A stretch of DNA of 64,000 nt from an uncultured Phycisphaerales bacterium (lineage in GTDB: Bacteria > Planctomycetota > Phycisphaerae > Tepidisphaerales > Tepidisphaeraceae), in NCBI GenBank assembly GCA_963844715.1, contig CAWJPJ010000006.1:1088001-1152000 (forward strand), in the 5' to 3' direction. Positions 1 to 7,220 of the stretch are shown here, in pieces (positions within the stretch are counted from its first letter, which is position 1; every line of letters begins with the position of its first letter). The notes under the pieces were generated by a model, which was given only the letters and a program-made list of their open reading frames with translations, did not search any database and was not told the origin of the DNA. The position numbers and the translations under genes are program-made.

Positions 1-735
1 CAGATCGACCTGGGCGTCGCCCGTGACGATGCTGGCCTTTGCGATTCCCTGGGCGAGGATGCGCTTCACTTCCGGGAATTTCACGAAAGCATCGGAGACG
101 ACCTTGGCGGCAGATTCATCGCGGACGGCGCAGACGAGATCGAGATCGCCCACGGTTTCGCGGCGCCGCCGGAGACTTCCGGCGGCCTCGGCGGCCAGCA
201 CGCCTGGTAAACTCCGCAGGCGCTCGACGAAATTCTGGGCGATCGCCATCGCGGCGACGAGCCCGATTCGCTTCCCCGCCTCGGCGCGCAGAGCCAGGCC
301 CTGTCGTATGAGATCGATTTTCTTCTCCCCCATTTTCGGCAGACCCGCCAATCGCCCGGCCTCGATCGCCTTGGCGAGGTCGTCGCATGACGTGACCTTC
401 AATTCTTTCCACAGCAGCGCGATAGTCTTGGGCCCCAGATTCGGAATCGAGAGCATCGGAATCAGCCCCTCGGGAACCCCGGCGGCGACTTCCTCAAAAT
501 CCTTGCTGCGGCCGGTGCGGATAAAATCCTCGATGATGCGCTGGCTCGAGGGGCCGATCCCATCGATGTCTTTGAGGGTCCCATCTTCGACGGCCTTGCG
601 AAGATCGATGGTGCTGTCCTTGATGATGCGGGAGACTTTGGAGAAGGCGATCGCCTTGAAGACGTTTTCCCCTTTGATGTCCATCAGAGCCGCGAACGTG
701 CGGAAGAGTTCGGAGAGATCGCCGTTGAGGGACAT
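1..735 (-). CDS. polX: DNA polymerase X family protein (N-terminal 245 aa; runs off the window edge)
   Basis: Not in the ORF track. Manual translation from ATG at 735: MSLNGDLSELFRTFAALMDIKGENVFKAIAF...IDGIGPSS (HhH)...IPNLGPKT...AAGSLRRRRETVGDLDLV, the PolX nucleotidyltransferase motif. Confidence 0.9.
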   Translation of the reverse strand, partial: MSLNGDLSELFRTFAALMDIKGENVFKAIAFSKVSRIIKDSTIDLRKAVEDGTLKDIDGIGPSSQRIIEDFIRTGRSKDFEEVAAGVPEGLIPMLSIPNLGPKTIALLWKELKVTSCDDLAKAIEAGRLAGLPKMGEKKIDLIRQGLALRAEAGKRIGLVAAMAIAQNFVERLRSLPGVLAAEAAGSLRRRRETVGDLDLVCAVRDESAAKVVSDAFVKFPEVKRILAQGIAKASIVTGDAQVDL

Positions 736-780
736 GGCGGACAACTTAACTGCCGACGCGGAAATCGGAAAGAAAAATGA

Positions 781-818
781 ACCCCTCCCTGCTTCCGTTT
801 GACGGGAGAGGGAGGGGT
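781..818. terminator. GC-rich hairpin between the PEP-CTERM gene 3' end and the polX start
   Basis: Arms ACCCCTCCCT / AGGGAGGGGT with inner pairing CCGT/ACGG; on the minus strand a U-rich run follows a few bases later. Confidence 0.45.
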
Positions 819-859
819 CACCTTACCACTTTCGGACGATCGTGTAGAGTTATTATCGA

Positions 860-1837
860 TTACAATTGCGCATCGGCGCCGCGTCGGCGCGGGCGGCGCA
901 GGCCGCACATCGTCGCCAGTCCCATGACCGCCACGCTTACCGAGGCCGGCTCGGGGACGTCCTCGAGCGTCCAGTTCAAGCTGAGCGATTCGGAGGAGCC
1001 GGATTGCCCGCAAGGCGCCAGAGTCGTGTCCCATTCGAATGCGTAGGTGACGTTGCCCTGCGTCGACGGATTGGGCTGGAAGTCGCTCAGATGCCCGAAT
1101 GACGGGCTCGTTATTTCGTTGAGAATCGTCGAATTGCTCAATTCTCCCTCGTAAGACGACGGATTCGGAGTCGAGGGTTGATTCTGAAACGTGACGCCGG
1201 TGCCGCCGTCGGTCTGTGTCGCCGTGTTGATCGGCGAGCCGGAGAAGGCAATCGTATCGTTGTTCGGCGTGTTGTTCAGATCGAAATCGCAGTATTCAAC
1301 CAGGGTCAGCGGAATCGACGTCGACGACTTGTTCGCCGCCGTGACCGTGAAGCTCATTCCGGCCCCGTTGGTCTGGCTGTTCAGGTCGTACACATTTTCG
1401 ATAGTGAACTGATTTGTGGACAAATACTCGCCCGTATAGGTGACATCCAGGGTGCTTGTCGAACTGGTGAGGCTCGTTTGCGAAAGCGTCGAGACCGACG
1501 CCGTGGCGCCCGAGGTCGCGCTCGTGCGGAAATAAACCTGCTGCTGGTTGACCTGTTGCGTGCCGTTAATGATCAGGCTGTCCAAACCCACGCTCGATCC
1601 GGTATTGATCTGCGCTGTGACGGTAGGACTCGAAGCGGACAGGTTGACGACATCCCCCTGCGCCGGGAGGGAAGTAAGAGTGAACGCCGCGGCGGCGGCC
1701 GTGGCCGATGCCACGGCGGCCGCACGCCGCAAGGCGTCTCTTCGCTCTCCTACCAACCCTAAGTAGCTCGGTAAGCAAATCAGCTTTCGCGTGGCATCCA
1801 CGAAGCCGTTATCTGACTTTTTAATGACGACGGGCAT
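860..1837 (-). CDS. PEP-CTERM sorting-signal surface protein (paralog A)
   Basis: Ala-rich signal-like N-terminus, Ser/Thr/Asn-rich body, C-terminal VPEPASVSVAVMGLATMCGLRRPRRR (PEP, transmembrane helix, basic tail); GAGGAG RBS before the ATG. Confidence 0.85.
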   Translation of the reverse strand: MPVVIKKSDNGFVDATRKLICLPSYLGLVGERRDALRRAAAVASATAAAAAFTLTSLPAQGDVVNLSASSPTVTAQINTGSSVGLDSLIINGTQQVNQQQVYFRTSATSGATASVSTLSQTSLTSSTSTLDVTYTGEYLSTNQFTIENVYDLNSQTNGAGMSFTVTAANKSSTSIPLTLVEYCDFDLNNTPNNDTIAFSGSPINTATQTDGGTGVTFQNQPSTPNPSSYEGELSNSTILNEITSPSFGHLSDFQPNPSTQGNVTYAFEWDTTLAPCGQSGSSESLSLNWTLEDVPEPASVSVAVMGLATMCGLRRPRRRGADAQL

Positions 1838-2239
1838 GATCTCTCCTCAATACACCGACTCCAGAATCATCCTGCGCCGGCCTGATACTCAGACGAGCGC
1901 GCCTTTCCGATCGGCGCGGACATTCCCTGCGCCTTTACCGGCGCCTTTCGAAGCCACGCTTACTTCGGAATTTCTTTCCGTCGGCTGGCTCGTCGCGCCC
2001 ACACGAACGCCTACGCCCTTGCCGCACGCCCGGCCTCTTCGTTCCCGCGCCTTCTTGATCCAGGCGCGTTCGGCCGAGATTCACTTTTATGCCTCCCCGA
2101 CAGCTTTCGCCGCCGCGGAAGTCTTTATCTTCCATGTCGAATTGCGCACTCCTGCGCCATCCGTTACAAATCGCCATCCATGGCTACTCTCGTTTACACC
2201 CGCCGAAGTGCTACGCTTCGGCAATGTTGATATTCATTC

Positions 2240-3201
2240 TTATGCTTCGGCGACCTGGGCCGTGCGCGGATCAGGGTCTTCGTCGCGGCGACGCGGCCGA
2301 GAGAAGAATATTCCGCCCAAGCCAAGGAGCGCCATCGCGCTGGTCGGTTCGGGAACCGACCGGACCTGCTTATCGACGGTGACCAGATAAGACTGACCCG
2401 GCACAAGTTCACGTCCCATTGGAACGCCCACTCGGCGTCGACATCGCTTAGACTGGTCGGACCGCTCAAATTCAGATTTGATGTTCCTTCGAGGGCGCTC
2501 AGCAGGCTCGTGGCGTTGCCTGCGGCATATTCGGATGCCTTCCCACTGACCACCGTCTGGCTCAATTCGCCTGGCGCGGAAACCGTCGCGGTATTGTTAC
2601 CGGTGAGACTCACTGACTCACCCAACGCTTTCCCGCCAAGGGTCAAATTCGCATAATCGAACAAGTGATAGTTCAGGCTATTTGTCGTTGACGTATTGAT
2701 CACTTTCATGGTTTCGCTGATGTCCGAAACGCCGGAGCCGGTTTGACCGCCGGTGACCATATAGGTGATGCTCAGTTGGAAGGCCTGGGCGACATCCGTA
2801 TAGGTTGCGTTCAGCCAGTTATCGCTCCCGCCGTTGGTGGACATTTCTGTCACCGAGGAGAGGGGGACGTTGTTGATTTCAGACTGCGCGCCGGTGCCGA
2901 CGCGATACCACCACGACTGTTGTTGCAACTGGTTCGTGCCATCGACGGTCCAGTTGTACATGCCGTCGGAATTGGTGGGATCGATCGAGACTGACGTGTT
3001 TCCGTTGGTGAGTGTGTACCCTGTTGGGACAGCGATGGCCGGTACGGCCGCGGCTCCAAGGAGCGAGGCAACTGCGGTAGCGGCCGCCAACATGATCTGT
3101 TTGCTCTTCGTCATGATTGCTCCCCGTCGCTCTGGAACAGTGAGCGCGCTGGACCCAAGCCCGTTGCACCCTAAATCACATTTAGAATTGAAGGTCTTCA
3201 C
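2240..3201 (-). CDS. PEP-CTERM sorting-signal surface protein (paralog B), frameshifted near 2405
   Basis: ORF 2194..3201 (signal peptide, ...WAFQWDVNL) joins ORF 2240..2431 (VPGQSY...VPEPTSAMALLGLGGIFFSRPRRR). An alternative start exists at ATG 3114. Confidence 0.8.
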
Positions 3202-3295
3202 AGCACTTCTCCCTAAAAGCTTCGGCTTGGGCCCAGCGGCCCCTGACTCTCGCTACAACCGATCTCAACCATTCACACAAACCAACCAATTCGGA

Positions 3296-3739
3296 TTACA
3301 TGCCTGCCGTTCGGTTACGCCCGAACTGCGGCTGCTCGGCGCCGTCGAACTTGCCATTCAGGACGTTGGCGATGGCATGTTCGCGCAAACGAGCGGTCAG
3401 ATTCAGCAATTCGCCGGTCGTGGGCGTGGTGTCGAAGAGCGTTGTCGCTCCGAACATCCGCGCCGTGACTTCCTGCTGTTCCGAAACCGGTCCGCCGACA
3501 AGCGCCCACTTCTGATGGGGCCATGCCGTCTTCAGGTGACGCAGGAAATCCCACGCCGCCATATCCGGCAGCTTCAGTCCGACCATCAGGAAGTCGAAGC
3601 TGAGCATGCGAAGCATGTCGATGGCGCGGTGCCCACTGTGCACCGACTGGAAGTTGAGCAACGCGGAACGACCCACTTTCGCGGGCGGATCCACGCAGAT
3701 GCCCAACACGGCAACTTGATCCTCTTGACTCTTGAACAT
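3296..3739 (-). CDS. Atypical receiver (REC)-like single-domain protein A
   Basis: VHSGHRAIDMLRMLSFDFLMVGLKLPDMAAWDFLRHLK matches the receiver alpha2-beta3-alpha3 pattern, with Gly at the phospho-Asp position. Confidence 0.7.
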   Translation of the reverse strand: MFKSQEDQVAVLGICVDPPAKVGRSALLNFQSVHSGHRAIDMLRMLSFDFLMVGLKLPDMAAWDFLRHLKTAWPHQKWALVGGPVSEQQEVTARMFGATTLFDTTPTTGELLNLTARLREHAIANVLNGKFDGAEQPQFGRNRTAGM

Positions 3740-3817
3740 GACGAACCTCTTTGGTTGGCAGTGAGACGGCATCGATCGCTAACACAGCGCTCTTACCCGT
3801 CCCGTGATTCCGCCATG

Positions 3818-3840
3818 CCCTAAAGCGAGCCGCGTGCCGA
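3818..3840 (-). promoter_or_regulatory. Sigma-54-type -24/-12 promoter of receiver-like gene A
   Basis: Minus strand TCGGCACGCGGCTCGCTTTAGGG = GG-N10-GC; 20/23 identical to 4572-4594 at nearly the same distance from the ATG. Confidence 0.65.
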
Positions 3841-3948
3841 GTTGCCTTTTCGGAAAAAAGATTTTCACAACTCGTTGCGCGACACATGGATGGAACCTCG
3901 CCAGGCCAAGTCATGTTCAGAGACCACAAAAGTGGAAAAATGTTTATT

Positions 3949-4494
3949 TTAAACTGCGGCAAACGGGGCTTTTTTGCCGTAACTCGATTGCGCGCCGTGA
4001 GCAGGGCGCGATCGGGTTATTTCGAACTGGGGTGCTCGTTTTAACCGGTCGAAATTCGTGCCGGCGGCGGGCTCGGGGATATCGATTTCCGTCGAGACCG
4101 TTTCCGGCGCTGGCGTTTTTTGCGCACTGGCTTTGACGTCCGATAAAGTCTCCCAGCCGCAGACCTCCTGGATCGAGGGAGCAACATCAAAGAATGTGCA
4201 TGGGTTGAACATTCGCGCGGTGATCTCCTGATCCGTCGAAAGCGGGCTGCCGACGAGCGCCCACTTTTGCTGCGGCCAATTCGTCTTGATGTGACGGAGG
4301 AAATTCCAGATGGATATGTCAGGCAGGTTCAGGTTCACGAGCAGGAGGTCGCAGCGAACCAGGCGGAGCATGTCGATAGCCCGGCGGCCACTATCCACGG
4401 CGCGATAATCGAGGGCGCCGGATTGTCCCGTGAACGAAGCGGGCGTCACGCAAACACCTAAAACCGTGCCTCGCTCCTGTTGCTTCTTAAACAT
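3949..4494 (-). CDS. Atypical receiver (REC)-like protein B with low-complexity C-terminal tail
   Basis: Clear paralog of A (MFK..., SGRRAIDMLRL, LPDISIWNFLRHIKTNWPQQKWALVG, QEITARMF); Asn at the phospho-Asp position; GAGG RBS. Confidence 0.7.
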   Translation of the reverse strand: MFKKQQERGTVLGVCVTPASFTGQSGALDYRAVDSGRRAIDMLRLVRCDLLLVNLNLPDISIWNFLRHIKTNWPQQKWALVGSPLSTDQEITARMFNPCTFFDVAPSIQEVCGWETLSDVKASAQKTPAPETVSTEIDIPEPAAGTNFDRLKRAPQFEITRSRPAHGAQSSYGKKAPFAAV

Positions 4495-4571
4495 GTGAAC
4501 CTCGCGTCGAAATTTCCCCGAGTTAACCTCATTGCCGCGTGGCATTCGGCGTCACTCGTCGTTACGGGATA

Positions 4572-4594
4572 CCCTAAAGCGACGCGCATGCCGA
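4572..4594 (-). promoter_or_regulatory. Sigma-54-type -24/-12 promoter of receiver-like gene B
   Basis: Minus strand TCGGCATGCGCGTCGCTTTAGGG = GG-N10-GC. Confidence 0.65.
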
Positions 4595-4621
4595 CGCTTT
4601 CAGCGCCGAAAATATTTCAAC

Positions 4622-4634
4622 TAACTATCTGATT
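4622..4634 (-). promoter_or_regulatory. IHF-consensus site upstream of the sigma-54 promoter
   Basis: Minus strand AATCAGATAGTTA matches WATCARNNNNTTR. A partial match (CAA-N4-TTG) lies at the same 28-bp offset in the paralogous promoter (3868-3877). Confidence 0.5.
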
Positions 4635-4958
4635 TAAATAGAGTTAAGAATTTAAGGCGGGAGGCTCGCCGCGCTCCGAAATGGGCTCGATCAGGTTATT
4701 TTAACCGCCCGATAATGGTCGATGCATTACGTAACCATATGTCCACATTGATCTTACACTGAATAGTTTATTTTGACCTGTGGGGTTTGTTTTGATCCGC
4801 AAAGATCGGACCAAAGGATTCGCTCGGAAAAATGGGGCGAAACGGCGCACGGTTGAGATCGTGTTTGATGAATATCGAACTAACCCGAAACCTGGCAATT
4901 GACGAAATCCGTATGGCATCGTATACCCTAACTTATACCGAACATATGAGGTTTGCCC

Positions 4959-5682
4959 ATGCAGTTTGTATCGACTGCCGACGGCGCGCTGCGCATACAA
5001 AAAATGAGTTTGACGATTCCCGCTCGCCCGCCGGTGTGGAAGGAAAATTTATCGGCGCTGGCGGATCTTTTGCCGTGCGACGGGCTGCGCTGCGGGGCGG
5101 TGCATGAAATTCTGGGCGCGGCAGGAGCGTCGCCGTGGTCGTTTGCGCTCCTGCTGGCGCACGCCGCCGCGAACACCTCGGCGCGGCGGCGCGCGGTGGT
5201 GTGGTGCGATGCGCGCGGGGAATTGTTCCCCCCCGCCGTCGCGACGGCGCTGCCGCCGAGCCAGCTTTTTCTTTTGCGCGCTGCGCGATCCGCGGGATGA
5301 ATTATGGGCGATCGTGCAATCGCTACGCTGCCCCGCCGTCGCGGCGGCGGTCGCGTCGCCGATGCGCCTGGCGGACATCGAAGCGCGGCGGCTTCAGCTG
5401 GCCGCCGAGCAGGGAGGGGGTGTCGGCATCCTCCTGCGCCGCGACGATGATTCCTCCCGCGCACACTACGCCGCCGCCACGCGCTGGCTCGTCCGCCCGG
5501 CTCCCGGGGACGAATTTGTCCAGCGTTGGAGCGTCCAACTCATCCATGGTCACGGAGGACAAGTCGGAAAGACTATTTTTCTGGAGATTCCCCGTGACCT
5601 CTTCCGCCCAGATCATGTGCGCGCGGTTGGTTCATTGGCCGATCGATCGAGTGCTGCGTCGACGGCCCGAGCTTCAGCATGA
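4959..5682 (+). CDS. imuA: ImuA (RecA/SulA-like mutagenesis protein), frameshifted near 5285
   Basis: GAVHEILG...VVWCD...ELFPPA (ORF 4953..5300) joins DELWAIVQSLRC...ARRLQLAAEQGG...AATRWLVRPAP (ORF 5104..5682); lies upstream of imuB and dnaE2. Confidence 0.85.
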
Positions 5683-7201
5683 GCCGCTGGCTCTGATCCA
5701 AACCGTCGCGTCGCGGCAGACCATCGCCGATCTTTGCCCACTGGCCGCATCGTCCGGTGTGGGCGTGGGCATGACCCTTGCCGAGGCTCGCGCCCTTTGC
5801 CCTCCCTTGCAAATTCTTCCCCGTGATCCGCAGCGAGATCATCATCAGCTCCTGGCGCTGGGGCGATGGCTGATCCGCTATGCGCCGGTTGTTTCGCCCT
5901 CGCCACCCGATGCGATTTTTATCGATTGCACAGGCTGCCGGCGGCTTTATGGGGATTGGAATGTCCTGCTGTCGCGCGTGGCCGGCGCGATGCGGCATCT
6001 GAATCTCCGCGCTCGCCTGGCGATGGCGCCTACTCCGGGCGCGGCGTGGGCGATCGCTTCTTACGGAAAATCCGGCAGTATCGTCCCATCGGAAAACCTG
6101 CGAGAAACTCTCTCGCCCCTCCCCCCCGCCGCTTTGCGAATCGATGCCGATTGCGCGGCGCTGCTGTCCGATTTGGGTGTCCAATCCATCGGACAATTGC
6201 GGAATCTTCCCCGGCAATCTCTCCCCGCGCGATTCGGAAGGGACTTGCTTCTCAAGCTCGACGCTGCCCTGGGCGAAATTCCCGAGCCGCTGAACGCTTT
6301 GCCTCACGACGGGCCCATCGCGGCGCATATCCGGTTCCCCGCGCCGATCGAAAATCTGGAAATCCTGGAACAGGCGCTGCGATTGCTCGTCAGCGGATTG
6401 ATCAAACAACTGGCGCATCGCGGCCTGGGGGCGCGGTCGCTCCGCGCCGATTTCCGGCCGGCGCACGCCCCGGCGATCGTCAAAACCATTCGCCTCTCCG
6501 CCCCCTCTCGCAACGCGCGGACCATGATGAATCTTCTCCGCTGCGTTTTGGAAACGGTTAAAAGCGAGGAGGGATTTATCGCGCTGGTCCTGGGGGCGCC
6601 GGTTTTCGAGCGGCTGTCCGATCCGCAGCTAACGCTGATGGATCACGAAGCACAGATCGCCGGAGACGAACTCGGGCGGTTGATCGAAATGCTCTGTGCG
6701 CGGCTTGGGCCGCAGGCAATCGTGCAGCCGGAGTTGATCGAATCGCATCTTCCCGAGCGGAGTTTCCGCCGCGTGGAAGCCAGGATCGAGACCAGCGCCG
6801 GTTCGGCGATCGCCGTGCGGGCCGCGCCGCTACGGCCGTTGCGTTTGTTTACACGTCCGTCGCCGATCGCGACGGTGGTGCGGCCGTGCGACGACGGCGC
6901 GGGGACGCCGGTGGCTTTCACGCATCAGGGTCAGGTGCATCGCCTGCGATATGCGGACGGGCCGGAGCACATCTGCGGGCTCTGGTGGGAGGGTAGCGAA
7001 AAGATGCGAGATTATTTCGACGTGGAAGACGAAAGCGGGCGAAGGTTTTGGATGTTCAGAATCTTCCCAGGCGGCCAGTGGTTTTTGCATGGGATTTTTT
7101 CAGTCGGCACACCCCCGCGCAGCTTTTTATTTAGCGGGCGTGCGCAGCACGCCGTGCGAATGACAATCGGCGTTCCCCCGCGTGCTACGCACACCCGCTA
7201 A
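5615..7201 (+). CDS. imuB: ImuB, catalytically inactive Y-family polymerase (true stop may be nearer 7100-7135)
   Basis: WPIDRVLRR, GVGVGMTLAEARALCP, DAIFIDCTGC, APTPGAAWAIA, GPEHICGLWW...RDYFDVEDESGRRFWMFR...WFLHGIF; start overlaps the imuA end. Confidence 0.9.
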   Translation: MCARLVHWPIDRVLRRRPELQHEPLALIQTVASRQTIADLCPLAASSGVGVGMTLAEARALCPPLQILPRDPQRDHHQLLALGRWLIRYAPVVSPSPPDAIFIDCTGCRRLYGDWNVLLSRVAGAMRHLNLRARLAMAPTPGAAWAIASYGKSGSIVPSENLRETLSPLPPAALRIDADCAALLSDLGVQSIGQLRNLPRQSLPARFGRDLLLKLDAALGEIPEPLNALPHDGPIAAHIRFPAPIENLEILEQALRLLVSGLIKQLAHRGLGARSLRADFRPAHAPAIVKTIRLSAPSRNARTMMNLLRCVLETVKSEEGFIALVLGAPVFERLSDPQLTLMDHEAQIAGDELGRLIEMLCARLGPQAIVQPELIESHLPERSFRRVEARIETSAGSAIAVRAAPLRPLRLFTRPSPIATVVRPCDDGAGTPVAFTHQGQVHRLRYADGPEHICGLWWEGSEKMRDYFDVEDESGRRFWMFRIFPGGQWFLHGIFSVGTPPRSFLFSGRAQHAVRMTIGVPPRATHTR

Positions 7202-7204
7202 ATA
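7128..7204. repeat. Inverted repeat (25-bp arms, 2 mismatches), REP/REPIN-like
   Basis: TATTTAGCGGGCGTGCGCAGCACGC (7128-7152) versus GCGTGCTACGCACACCCGCTAAATA (7180-7204). Confidence 0.8.
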
Positions 7205-7220
7205 GATGTAAGGAACAAAA

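Noticed and set aside
23..802. 259-aa plus-strand ORF and the many other long antisense ORFs (e.g. 36096..37823, 42704..44071, 15225..16832)
   Set aside because: They are shadow frames of recognisable minus-strand genes in high-GC DNA and have no protein motifs.
2146..2160. TGGCGCAGGAGTGC as a sigma-54 promoter for PEP-CTERM A
   Set aside because: GG-to-GC spacing is 9 nt rather than 10; it would need an assumed deletion error and has no supporting IHF-like site.
4701..5000. 99-aa minus-strand ORF upstream of the receiver-like genes
   Set aside because: It lies in an AT-rich divergent promoter region, overlaps the imuA start and has atypical composition.
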